A DNA stretch of 64,000 nt from Acidothermaceae bacterium. Lineage in GTDB: Bacteria; Actinomycetota; Actinomycetes; Acidothermales; Acidothermaceae. How positions within the stretch are numbered: position 1 is the stretch's first letter; the number at the start of each line of letters is the position of its first letter. The stretch lies in the NCBI GenBank assembly GCA_036510735.1, contig DATCDK010000240.1:3113-67112 (forward strand). The letters are read 5' to 3'. Made by a program: the position numbers and the translations under genes. Below the pieces are notes generated by a model. The model was given only the letters and a program-made list of their open reading frames with translations, had not been told where the DNA came from and did no database searches. Positions 1 to 9,566 of the stretch are shown here, piece by piece.

Positions 1-118
1 GCAGGACAGCGATCATTTCGCGATTCAGTGTCGGGCTCATCGCATTGCGCTTGTCGGGACGATTCAGCGAAACCCAGCCGATGCCGTCTTCGATCACTAC
101 CGCGACAGTCGACTCCAC
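1..118 (-). CDS. ech: Enoyl-CoA hydratase/lyase (crotonase) family, N-terminal fragment running off the window; most like hydroxycinnamoyl/feruloyl-CoA hydratase-lyase (HCHL/Ech)
   Basis: Reverse-strand translation from GTG 116-118 gives VESTVAVVIEDGIGWVSLNRPDKRNAMSPTLNREMIAVL. A GGAGGG Shine-Dalgarno lies at 124-129. The LNRPxKRNAMSPTLNREMI block matches my memory of the Pseudomonas HCHL N-terminus. It is absent from the ORF track because it is truncated. Confidence 0.7.
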   Translation of the reverse strand, partial: MESTVAVVIEDGIGWVSLNRPDKRNAMSPTLNREMIAVL

Positions 119-131
119 TGTGACCCTCCAG

Positions 132-148
132 TATCAAGTACCTTGATA
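132..148. promoter_or_regulatory. Perfect 17-bp palindrome TATCAAG-TAC-CTTGATA, candidate MarR operator
   Basis: 7-bp perfect inverted arms in the ech/marR divergent intergenic region, 14 nt from the ech start and 73 nt from the marR ATG. Function is inferred from position and symmetry only. Confidence 0.4.
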
Positions 149-220
149 TGGACAGTGTGCTCGGTGAGGCGCCAGACCGCAATCCCTGGAGCGCACGCTT
201 GTCGTTGCTACCGTGTCGGT

Positions 221-724
221 ATGACGACCGCGGGCGGACGCACCGGTGCGACGCGCGCAGTCGTTCGAGCTCCCGCGCCACGACTGACCTACCTGGTGAA
301 ACAAGCAGAGCTCGCGATCCGGGCGCAGCTCGACCGCATCGTCGGCAGGCACGGCCTCACGACCGTGCAGTACACCGCATTGAGCGTGCTCGAACGTAAT
401 CCTGGGATCTCGTCCGCGCAGCTGTCGCGGCGCTCATTTGTCACCGCACAAGCTGGCAACGAGATGGTCGCCATCTTGGAACGCAAGGGCTTTATCGAGA
501 GACAGCCGAGCCCGGCGAACTTGCGCATCCGGCTCGTGTCTCTGACGGCGGCCGGAGCGGCGCTACTGGAATCGTGCGACGGCGAGGTCGACGAACTCGA
601 GGCAAGAATGCTGCGCGGCGTCGACGCGTCGACGCGGCGACAGCTGCGGTCAGCGCTTGAGTCATGCACGGCGAATCTTCACGACGGAGCCGCGGGTTCC
701 GACGTCCCGCGTCGTTCCCGATAG
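221..724 (+). CDS. MarR family transcriptional regulator
   Basis: ORF track 143..724 starts at TTG; I prefer the internal ATG at 221. Winged-helix block TTVQYTALSVLERNPGISSAQLSRRSFVTAQAGNEMVAILERKGFIERQPSPANLRIRLVSLTAAG. Divergent from ech, as in hydroxycinnamate regulons. Confidence 0.85.
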   Translation: MTTAGGRTGATRAVVRAPAPRLTYLVKQAELAIRAQLDRIVGRHGLTTVQYTALSVLERNPGISSAQLSRRSFVTAQAGNEMVAILERKGFIERQPSPANLRIRLVSLTAAGAALLESCDGEVDELEARMLRGVDASTRRQLRSALESCTANLHDGAAGSDVPRRSR

Positions 725-734
725 GGGACGGCGA

Positions 735-1487
735 GTGGCCGGCCGCGGTGTCTCAGGTGGGGCCAGCGTGACGAGTCGGGTCGCCGACATCTTGGAGACG
801 TTCGCCGGCCAGCGCGAAAGCTTGAGCCTGTCTGAGGTAGCGCGACGAGCCGGCTTGCCTCTCACGACGACCCACCGCCTCGTCGGTGAACTCGTGAGCC
901 GGCATTTCCTCGAACGCGACGAGTCCGGCCGGTATCAAATCGGCCTGCGCCTGTGGGAACTCGCGTCGCACGCGCCGCGATCAGTCGGGCTGCGCGAGTC
1001 AGCGCTGCCGATCATGGAGGACTTGTACGAGGCAACGCACGAGAACGTGCAACTCGCCATCATCGACGGCATGGACGCGGTCTACGTCGAGCGGATAGCG
1101 GGCCGTGACTCGGTGCAGGTGCTGACCCGTCCCGGTCTTCGGCTCCCTGTTCACGCGACCGCTGTCGGGTTGGTGCTCCTCGCGCACGCCTCACCGGAGA
1201 CGCAGGAGGAAGTGTTGAGCTCGCCGCTCGCGCGCTACACCCGCTACACGATCACGGATCCACGCCGGTTGCGGCGGATTCTCGCGGAGATACGGCAAGT
1301 CGGATACGCGATCAGCGACCGGCAAATCCAAACTATTTCGTCGTCGGCCGCCGCGCCGGTCCGAGACAGTTCGGGCGCGGTCGTCGCCGCGATCTCCGTC
1401 GTCGTCAAGGCGAGGGACAACATCTCGGCGCAATACGTGCCCGCTGTGATGGCGGCCGCCCGGGGAATCTCGCGTGCGCTGGCGTAG
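735..1487 (+). CDS. IclR family transcriptional regulator
   Basis: ORF track 657..1487. The 5' part overlaps marR, so the start is taken at GTG 735 (GGGGA 6 nt upstream); GTG 768 is also possible. HTH LSLSEVARRAGLPLTTTHRLVGELV plus an IclR effector domain (VYVERIAG, HATAVGLVLLA, AISVVV). Convergent with ligC. Confidence 0.85.
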   Translation: MAGRGVSGGASVTSRVADILETFAGQRESLSLSEVARRAGLPLTTTHRLVGELVSRHFLERDESGRYQIGLRLWELASHAPRSVGLRESALPIMEDLYEATHENVQLAIIDGMDAVYVERIAGRDSVQVLTRPGLRLPVHATAVGLVLLAHASPETQEEVLSSPLARYTRYTITDPRRLRRILAEIRQVGYAISDRQIQTISSSAAAPVRDSSGAVVAAISVVVKARDNISAQYVPAVMAAARGISRALA

Positions 1488-1490
1488 CAC

Positions 1491-2444
1491 CTAGCCGACC
1501 TGCTTCTCCAGTTGCCGTGCAAGGACGTCGAGCACCCGATAGCAGGGGAGCACGTCCGCAACGCTGGAGTTTGGCTCGCGGCCTTCGTTGATAGCCGAAA
1601 CGAACTCGCGATCCTGGAGTTCGATGCCGTTCATCGACACCGCCACGTGCGAGACGTCGACGAGTTCGTCCTTGCCTGTGAGCAGATCGTCGTAACGCGC
1701 GAGGTAGGTGCCGTTGTCGCAGATGTAGCGGAAGAACGTCCCGAGCGGGCCGTCGTTGTTGAAGCTGAGTGACAGCGTGCAGATCTTGCCACTCGACGTG
1801 CGCAACTGGATCGACATGTCCATGGCGATCCCGAGAACCGGATGGATCGGTCCTTGCACGGCATTCGCAATGACGACGTCCTCGCCCGTCTGGTACTGGA
1901 AGAGGTCGACCGTGTGTGCCGCGTGGTGCCACAGCAGGTGGTCCGTCCAGCTCCGCGGCTGGCCAAGGGCGTTCATGTTGGAGCGGCGGAAGAAGTAGGT
2001 CTGCACGTCCATCTGCTGGATCGCTAGCCCGCCCGTCACGATCTTGTTGTGCACCCACTGATGCGAGGGATTGAACCTGCGGGTGTGCCCGACCATTGCC
2101 ACTAATCCGGTCTCGCGCTGCACCTCGTCAACTGCCAGCGCGTCAGCCAGGTTGTCGGCGAGCGGAATCTCGACCTGCACGTGCTTGCCTGCGCGTAATG
2201 TCGCGATCGACTGTGCAGCATGCAGCTGAGTCGGCGTGCAGAGAATCACTGCGTCGACGTCATCGTGCGCGAGCGTCTCGTCGAGGTCGGTGGTCGCGTG
2301 GGGGGCGCCGTACTTTTCGGCCACCTCGCGCGCCTGCTCGATGCGACGGCTGACGATCGAGATGATCTCGACGCCGTCGATGTTCTGCAGGGCGTCAAGG
2401 TGCTTGATGCCGAACGCGCCGGCACCGGCGACGGCGATGCGCAT
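1491..2444 (-). CDS. ligC: 4-carboxy-2-hydroxymuconate-6-semialdehyde dehydrogenase (Gfo/Idh/MocA family)
   Basis: 317 aa with Rossmann N-terminus MRIAVAGAGAFGIKHLDAL. Motifs VQVEIPLAD, MVGHTRRFNPSHQ and SWTDHLLWHHAAHTVDL resemble Sphingobium LigC as I recall it. Begins 3 nt after the ligB stop. Confidence 0.85.
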   Translation of the reverse strand: MRIAVAGAGAFGIKHLDALQNIDGVEIISIVSRRIEQAREVAEKYGAPHATTDLDETLAHDDVDAVILCTPTQLHAAQSIATLRAGKHVQVEIPLADNLADALAVDEVQRETGLVAMVGHTRRFNPSHQWVHNKIVTGGLAIQQMDVQTYFFRRSNMNALGQPRSWTDHLLWHHAAHTVDLFQYQTGEDVVIANAVQGPIHPVLGIAMDMSIQLRTSSGKICTLSLSFNNDGPLGTFFRYICDNGTYLARYDDLLTGKDELVDVSHVAVSMNGIELQDREFVSAINEGREPNSSVADVLPCYRVLDVLARQLEKQVG

Positions 2445-2447
2445 CTC

Positions 2448-3696
<1,249 letters not shown>

Positions 3697-3698
3697 GC

Positions 3699-4595
3699 CT
3701 ACTCTCCTTCCCAGTAGAGCCGCATCGGGTTGTCGATGAGCAGTTTGTGCTGAAGTTCTTCCGTCGGTGCTACCCGCGGTACGAGATCGACGAGTGCGCC
3801 GTCGTCCGGCATGTGGGTCTTGAGGTTCGGATGCGGCCAGTCGGTGCCCCACAAGACGCGATCGGGAAAAGACTCGACGATGCGGCGTGCGAAGGGCACG
3901 AAGTCGTCGTATGTCGGCGGGCCGCTCACCGACAGCCGCTCGGGGCCGCTCACCTTTGACCAGATGTTGGGATGCTCGGCCATCAGTTTGACGAACAGTC
4001 CGAACTCGGGGCCGTCGATCGGCTGTGTCACATCGGGGCGTCCCATGTGGTCGACGACGACCGTCGTCGGCAACGACGTGAAGAAGTTCCAGCGCTCGGC
4101 GAGGTCGGCCGCTTCGAAATACACGACGATGTGCCAGCCGAAGGGTGCAATCTGCTCGACGAGGCTCAGGTAATAGGCGTCGGGTTTCGGATCGACCAGC
4201 CGTTTGACGAAGTTGAATCGCACGCCTCGCACCCCAGCGTTATCGAGCGCCTTCAATTCGTCGGGGGAGATATCGGGCTTGATGGTGGCAACCCCACGAG
4301 CTAGACCACTCGCTGCGCCGAGTGCGTCGACCATGGCCCGATTGTCAGCTCCGTGGCAGGTGGCCTGGACGATGACGTTTCGAGAAAGCCCGAGGAAGTC
4401 GCGAGTCGCGAAGAGAAGGTCCTTGCCGGCGTCACACGGCGTGTACTTCCGCTCGGGTGCGTAAGGGAACTGATCGCCAGGGCCGAACACATGACAGTGT
4501 GCGTCGACCGAGCCCGGGGGTGGCGTGTAGGTCGGCTTGGACGGGTTCGGGTCGAACGGCAACCAATCGGCGTCCATCTGAAAGGTCTGGATCAT
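3699..4595 (-). CDS. ligI: 2-pyrone-4,6-dicarboxylate lactonase (amidohydrolase_2 family)
   Basis: ATG 4595 (MIQTFQMDADW). DAHCHVF metal/active-site motif and GTDWPHP near the C-terminus. Lies between ligJ and ligAB. Confidence 0.8.
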   Translation of the reverse strand: MIQTFQMDADWLPFDPNPSKPTYTPPPGSVDAHCHVFGPGDQFPYAPERKYTPCDAGKDLLFATRDFLGLSRNVIVQATCHGADNRAMVDALGAASGLARGVATIKPDISPDELKALDNAGVRGVRFNFVKRLVDPKPDAYYLSLVEQIAPFGWHIVVYFEAADLAERWNFFTSLPTTVVVDHMGRPDVTQPIDGPEFGLFVKLMAEHPNIWSKVSGPERLSVSGPPTYDDFVPFARRIVESFPDRVLWGTDWPHPNLKTHMPDDGALVDLVPRVAPTEELQHKLLIDNPMRLYWEGE

Positions 4596-4620
4596 CGCGC
4601 TCTCGCTTCGTTCTGTCCCA

Positions 4621-5640
4621 TCACAGGCCTCGCTTCGCGAGGATGGCGTCGAGCCGTGGATAAACCCGCCGGGCATTGCCGGAGAACACCGCATCCTTCA
4701 CCGTGGACGAGACGTCGAGCGCATCGATGTAGCGCTTGGTGTCGTCGAAGTAGTGCCCAGTTTCGGGATCGATGCCGCGGACCGCGCCGACCATCTCCGA
4801 GCCGAACAAGATGTTCTTCGGGTCGATCACCTCGAAGAGCAGGTCGATGCCGGGCTGGTGGTAGACGCAAGTGTCGAAGTACACGTTCTTCATGATGTGC
4901 TCGGAGAGTGGCGGCTTGCTGAGCATGTCGGCCAGGCCGCGGTACCGGCCCCAGTGGTAGGGAACGGCCCCGCCGCCATGGGGGATCACAAAGCGCAGTG
5001 CTGGAAAGTCTGAGAATAGGTCGCCCTGCAGAAACTGCATGAACGCCGTCGTATCGGCATTGATGTAGTGGGCACCGGTCGCGTGGAAGTTCGGATTGCA
5101 GCTCCCCGAAACGTGCACCATCGCCGGCACATCGAGTTCGACCATCTTCTCGTAGAACGGGTACCACGACTTGTCGATCAGAGGCGCCGAGTTCCACAAC
5201 CCACCGCTCGGGTCGGGATTGAGATTGCAGCCGACAAAGCCCAACTCGGTGACACACCGCTCGAGTTCGGCAATCGAGTGTTCGATCGGAACTCCGGGTG
5301 ACTGCGGCAGTTGGCATACACCGACGAACGTATTCGGATAGAGATCGGCCACTCGCTTGATGAGGTCGTTACACGCTCTGCTCCAGGCCATGCTGACCGA
5401 TTCGTCGCCGATGTGGTGCGCCATCGTCGATGCGCGCGGGGAGAAGATCGTCATGTCCGCGCCGCGTTCGGTGAGTAGGCGCAGCTGATTCTTTTCGATC
5501 GTCTCCTGGATCTCCGCATCCGAGATGCTCGGATACAGGGGCGCAGGGGTACCTGCGTCGTAGGCGGCGACCTGGGCGTCGCGCCACGCGCTGTGTGCAT
5601 CGGGCGCCGTCGTGTAGTGGCCGTGGCAGTCAATGATCAC
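4621..5640 (-). CDS. ligJ: 4-oxalomesaconate hydratase (amidohydrolase_2 family)
   Basis: 339 aa, GTG start. IIDCHGHYTT N-terminus and VIPHGGGAVPYHWGRYRG. GTGA overlap with the upstream oxidoreductase gene. Lies in the lig cluster. Confidence 0.8.
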   Translation of the reverse strand: MIIDCHGHYTTAPDAHSAWRDAQVAAYDAGTPAPLYPSISDAEIQETIEKNQLRLLTERGADMTIFSPRASTMAHHIGDESVSMAWSRACNDLIKRVADLYPNTFVGVCQLPQSPGVPIEHSIAELERCVTELGFVGCNLNPDPSGGLWNSAPLIDKSWYPFYEKMVELDVPAMVHVSGSCNPNFHATGAHYINADTTAFMQFLQGDLFSDFPALRFVIPHGGGAVPYHWGRYRGLADMLSKPPLSEHIMKNVYFDTCVYHQPGIDLLFEVIDPKNILFGSEMVGAVRGIDPETGHYFDDTKRYIDALDVSSTVKDAVFSGNARRVYPRLDAILAKRGL

Positions 5641-6503
5641 GTTCGCGCCGCCCGAATCGCGTCAAGGAGGCTGCCCAGATCATCGGCGCCAAGGGCGTCG
5701 CGCTGGTCGCTAGCCCAGGCTTGCCGACGCGCCGTCGCTGTCGCCATCAGCGCGTCGACGTCAGCGTCTCTTACTGTCGACGCGGCCTCCGTCATCTCCT
5801 CAGACCGCCGTTCGCCGTGCTCGATGGAGCGCCGGATCATGTACTCAGCGAGCTCGGCCCAGTCGGCGGCCGGCAGGAGGTTCGACAACGAATCGAGCAC
5901 CGGCTTCTCGACGCCCCACATGCGTGCAGTGAGCATCGACTCCATCAGCAACGCCTCGAGGCCTTTCACGACAACCGACCGGCAGAGCTTGGTAGCCGAA
6001 GCGGGTCCGACAGTTGGCGCGAAGAACTCGACGCCGGAAAATCCCAGACTGCGGGCCGTCTCGACGAACTCGCTCGCATGTGGACCGCCGAGCAGGATCG
6101 GCGAACCGATGCGCTTGGGATGGATCGGCGACAGAACCGCAGCCTCGACGTATCGCCCGCCCACCTCATCGATCAGCGAAGCTGCTTCCTGCTTTTGTCC
6201 CGGCGATGCCGAGTTCAGGTCGAGAAACCACGTGCCAGTGGTGAGAGCCGCTGCCACGTCACGTGCCGCGTAGAGATCGTTCGCTGCGGTGACCGCGCTG
6301 ATCACGAGGTCGGCTGATTGCACCGCATCGACGGCATCGGTCGCGACTCGAACCGGCAACTCGCTCGCGTTGCGGGCGGCCCGGCTGTCAGGATCGCCGA
6401 ACGCGGTATCCCAGGCCGACAGGGTGGCTCCGGTGCCGCCGTCGGCGAGATCCTCGGCGAGGACGCGGCCGACTTCCCCGAGGCCGATCAGCGCAATATT
6501 CAT
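5637..6503 (-). CDS. NAD(P)-binding oxidoreductase, 6-phosphogluconate-dehydrogenase-like N-domain plus DUF1932-like C-domain; role in the lig operon unknown
   Basis: ATG 6503 (MNIALIGLGEVGRVLAEDL, a Rossmann motif). C-terminal SIEHGERRSEEMTEAASTV resembles the DUF1932 signature. Its stop overlaps the ligJ start (GTGA). Confidence 0.7.
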   Translation of the reverse strand: MNIALIGLGEVGRVLAEDLADGGTGATLSAWDTAFGDPDSRAARNASELPVRVATDAVDAVQSADLVISAVTAANDLYAARDVAAALTTGTWFLDLNSASPGQKQEAASLIDEVGGRYVEAAVLSPIHPKRIGSPILLGGPHASEFVETARSLGFSGVEFFAPTVGPASATKLCRSVVVKGLEALLMESMLTARMWGVEKPVLDSLSNLLPAADWAELAEYMIRRSIEHGERRSEEMTEAASTVRDADVDALMATATARRQAWASDQRDALGADDLGSLLDAIRAART

Positions 6504-6525
6504 CGGCCCGCCCACAGTGCAGTTT

Positions 6526-7611
6526 TCATGGGCCTGCCCACACTAACTCGGGTATGAATACCTCGCCGCGCATCAACAACCGCGCCGTCCGCAGCAGCGC
6601 CGCCTGCTTCACGACGACGGCGCCATCGACGATCTCGACGTCCATCGTGACGGTGAAGAAGCCGGTCGGATGCTCGATCTCGACCTCGGCCGGATCGTTG
6701 ATCTTGGCGACCTCGGCGGCAACCGACCCGGGCACCAAGCAAGCCGTCGCAACCGAGACCGCGCCGAAGACGCCGATCGCCTCGTGTACGCGGTGCGGGA
6801 TCAACGTGCGGGTGTCAACGGCGCCGCCGTGTTGCGGAGTCGAGACGAGTGTCATCTTCGGCACCGTCTTGTTGGTGACATCGCCGAGATTCATCATCGG
6901 CCCGACGGCTAGCCGGATATCCTCGATACGCCGCAGCACGTCGAGATTTGCTTCGATCTCACTCGGGCTCTCGTGGCCGATCAGGCCCAGATCATCGGCC
7001 TTGATGCAGACGACGGGCATTCCGTTGTCGATACAGGTGACCCTGATGCCGTTGACCTCGTCGACCGCGTGGCCGGTCGGGAGCAGTGCCCCACAGGTCG
7101 AGCCGGCGACGTCGAGAAAGTCGATTGGTATCGGCGCGTGCGTTCCAGGCACTCCGTCGATCGCCGCCGTCCCGTCGTAGCGAACCTTGCCGGCCGGCGT
7201 CTGTACGTGAGCGATCGCCAATGTCTGGGTGTTTTCCATCCAGATCCGCACTGGCGTCACGTCGCCCGTCGCCTCGATCAACCCTTCCTCGAGCGCGAAC
7301 GGGCCAATGCCAGCCAGCAGGTTCCCGCAGTTCTGATTGTCGGAGACGTCTGCGCGATCGGGCCAGACCTGCAAGAACAAGTAGTCGACATCGGCGTTCT
7401 CACGCGCCGACTTTGCCACGACGGCAACCTTCGACGTCAGCGGATGGGCGCCACCCATGCCGTCGATCTCTCGTGGATCAGGTGATCCCATCGCGGCAAG
7501 CAGAACGGCGTCTCGAGTCTCGCGGTCGGCTGGCAGATCCTCGACGTGGAAGTACAGGCCCTTCGAGGTACCACCCCGAATCACCGAGCACCTGATCGCC
7601 GTCTGGCTCAT
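6526..7611 (-). CDS. ligU: 4-oxalomesaconate tautomerase / OMA delta-isomerase (PrpF family)
   Basis: The true start is ATG 7611 ([21 protein letters not shown], a PrpF-family N-terminus), giving an ATGA overlap with the ligK stop. The 502-aa ORF in the track (to 8034) is an Arg-rich out-of-frame extension over ligK. Confidence 0.8.
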   Translation of the reverse strand: MSQTAIRCSVIRGGTSKGLYFHVEDLPADRETRDAVLLAAMGSPDPREIDGMGGAHPLTSKVAVVAKSARENADVDYLFLQVWPDRADVSDNQNCGNLLAGIGPFALEEGLIEATGDVTPVRIWMENTQTLAIAHVQTPAGKVRYDGTAAIDGVPGTHAPIPIDFLDVAGSTCGALLPTGHAVDEVNGIRVTCIDNGMPVVCIKADDLGLIGHESPSEIEANLDVLRRIEDIRLAVGPMMNLGDVTNKTVPKMTLVSTPQHGGAVDTRTLIPHRVHEAIGVFGAVSVATACLVPGSVAAEVAKINDPAEVEIEHPTGFFTVTMDVEIVDGAVVVKQAALLRTARLLMRGEVFIPELVWAGP

Positions 7612-8294
7612 GAGTCTGTGCTCTCCACATAGCGAAGACCGCGCTCGGCAAGACGGTCGCGCATCTCGTAGATGTCGAGTCCGAGCTCGCCCGACTGCAG
7701 CCGGGCGCGCTTGGTGACCTCGTTCGCCTCGCGAGCGCGCGCCTTCTCCAGCACTGCCGCGGCGTCCGCGCGTGCCACCACCACTACGCCGTCGTCGTCG
7801 GCGACGATCACGTCGCCGGGACGAACATGCGCCCCTGTGCACACGATCGGTGTCTGTACGTTCGCCGGCGTCTCCTTGACGGTGCCCTGGGCCGAGATGG
7901 TTTTCGACCACACCGGAAAACCGATACGCGTCAGGAACGCGATATCGCGCACGCCTGCGTCGATGACCAACCCCCTGACGCCGTGCGCCATCAAGCTGGT
8001 GGCCAGCAGGTCGCCGAAATAGCCGTCCTCGCAAGGGCTGGTCGGCGTCACGACTAACAGGTCTCCAGGCTTGGCTTGCTCGACTGCCACGTGGATAGCC
8101 CAGTTGTCACCGGGGGCGACCTCGCAGGTCAGCGCGTTGCCCGCCGCCTTGATCGGCCGGTAGATCGGTCGCAGGCGCGACGCCAACAAGCCAATGCGAC
8201 CCTGCGCCTCGTGGATCGTCGCGACGCCGAGTTCCCCAAGGGCGTCGACGATCGCCAGGTCGGTGCGGGGAGTGTTGCGGACGACAATCGCCAT
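7608..8294 (-). CDS. ligK: 4-carboxy-4-hydroxy-2-oxoadipate / 4-hydroxy-4-methyl-2-oxoglutarate aldolase (RraA-like fold)
   Basis: 228 aa with [35 protein letters not shown] and [10 protein letters not shown]. First gene of the lig operon. Confidence 0.85.
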   Translation of the reverse strand: MAIVVRNTPRTDLAIVDALGELGVATIHEAQGRIGLLASRLRPIYRPIKAAGNALTCEVAPGDNWAIHVAVEQAKPGDLLVVTPTSPCEDGYFGDLLATSLMAHGVRGLVIDAGVRDIAFLTRIGFPVWSKTISAQGTVKETPANVQTPIVCTGAHVRPGDVIVADDDGVVVVARADAAAVLEKARAREANEVTKRARLQSGELGLDIYEMRDRLAERGLRYVESTDS

Positions 8295-8337
8295 GAGGTC
8301 ATTTCTTTCAGCGCGGTTGTGGTGAGACCAGAGTGTA

Positions 8338-8352
8338 TTCCGCTGAACGGAA
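8338..8352. promoter_or_regulatory. Palindrome TTCCG-CTGAA-CGGAA in the pobA-ligK gap (lig operon promoter region)
   Basis: Sits in the 87-bp gap upstream of the ligK ATG (8294). Same TTCC-N7-GGAA architecture as sites at 15984, 16876 and 20429. GGAATTCC follows at 8353-8360. Confidence 0.3.
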
Positions 8353-8381
8353 GGAATTCCGTGTCGGTGTAGGCCTGCGAA

Positions 8382-9566
8382 CTACCGGTAGAACCAGTCG
8401 TGCTCGTACGGGAGCCCGGTGTAGTTCTCCGCCAGCGCTGTGGCCATCGCTCGCGAGGTGACGACGTAGTTGAGTTGTGAGAGGGCAAGCGCTTCGTCGA
8501 ACGGATCGTCCTCTGGTGACTTGTGGAGCGTGGTGGTCATCCACCACGAGAAGTGGGTCGCTCGCCAGACCCTGCGGCCCGCGGTCTCGGAGTACTCCGC
8601 GAGCAAATCCTCGCGGCCTGCGGCGTAGTAACCGCCGAGGGCACGGGCGAGCAGCCGGACGTCGGCGATCGCAAGGTTCATTCCCTTTGCGCCGGTCGGC
8701 GGGACGATGTGCGCGGCGTCGCCGGCCAAGTAGAGACGTTCGTACTGCATCGGGGTTGCGACAAAACTGCGCATCGGCGTGATGCCTTTGCTCACGATCG
8801 GACCTTCGGTGAGGGCAAAGCCCGAGTCGTCAGCCAACCGGGTGTGCAGCTCGGCCCAGATCCGATCGTCGGACCACTCCTCGAGCGACTCATCTGGGGC
8901 GACCTGCAAGTACATCCGGGTCACTGTTGGCGACCGCATGCTGTGCAAGGCGAATCCGTTTGCGTGACGTGCGTAGATGAGTTCGGCCGACGACGGTGGG
9001 GCCTCGGCGAGGATGCCAAGCCAAGCAAACGGGTAGCTTCGTTCGTAAGCAGTGAGGTTCGGTACGTAGCCGCGGCTGATGCCGTGGAACCCGTCGGTGC
9101 CGATCACGAAGTCGCACGCGACGCTCTGGCGATTGCCCTGATGCTCGAAGGTGACCCTCGGCTGCGCGGAGTCCAGAGCCTCCAACGCGACGTCACTGAC
9201 CTCGAATCGCAGGTCAGCGCCGTTCGCGATACGCGCTGCGATGAGGTCTTTGACCACCTCCTGCTGCCCGTACACCGTCACGTTGCGGCCGGTGAGTTCG
9301 ACGAAGTCGAGTCGGTGGGTCTTTAACCCGAAGCGCAGATTCGTCCCATCGTGCGGAAGTCCTTCGGCATCCATCCGAGCTCCGACACCGGCTTCGCGCA
9401 GTGTCTGCGCGCTGCCATGCTCGAGTACGCCGGCCCGCACGCGCTGCTCGACATACTCACGATCGCGCTGCTCCAGCACCACCGACTCGATGCCCTGCGC
9501 TTCGAGCAGTCTCGCCAGCAACAGCCCAGCCGGCCCGGCACCAACAATGCCAACTTGGGTACGCAT
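8382..9566 (-). CDS. pobA: 4-hydroxybenzoate 3-monooxygenase
   Basis: ATG 9566 (MRTQVGIVGAGPAGLLLARLL, FAD GxGxxG motif). 394 aa with YLAGDAAHIVPPTGAKGMNLA. TGATG 1-nt overlap with the upstream aldehyde dehydrogenase. Confidence 0.9.
   Translation of the reverse strand: MRTQVGIVGAGPAGLLLARLLEAQGIESVVLEQRDREYVEQRVRAGVLEHGSAQTLREAGVGARMDAEGLPHDGTNLRFGLKTHRLDFVELTGRNVTVYGQQEVVKDLIAARIANGADLRFEVSDVALEALDSAQPRVTFEHQGNRQSVACDFVIGTDGFHGISRGYVPNLTAYERSYPFAWLGILAEAPPSSAELIYARHANGFALHSMRSPTVTRMYLQVAPDESLEEWSDDRIWAELHTRLADDSGFALTEGPIVSKGITPMRSFVATPMQYERLYLAGDAAHIVPPTGAKGMNLAIADVRLLARALGGYYAAGREDLLAEYSETAGRRVWRATHFSWWMTTTLHKSPEDDPFDEALALSQLNYVVTSRAMATALAENYTGLPYEHDWFYR

Noticed and set aside
6526-8034. 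502-aa ORF in the track that would make a very large PrpF-family protein
   Set aside because: Its first 141 codons are an Arg/Gly-rich out-of-frame read across ligK on the same strand. The PrpF-like sequence begins at ATG 7611, which forms an ATGA overlap with the ligK stop.
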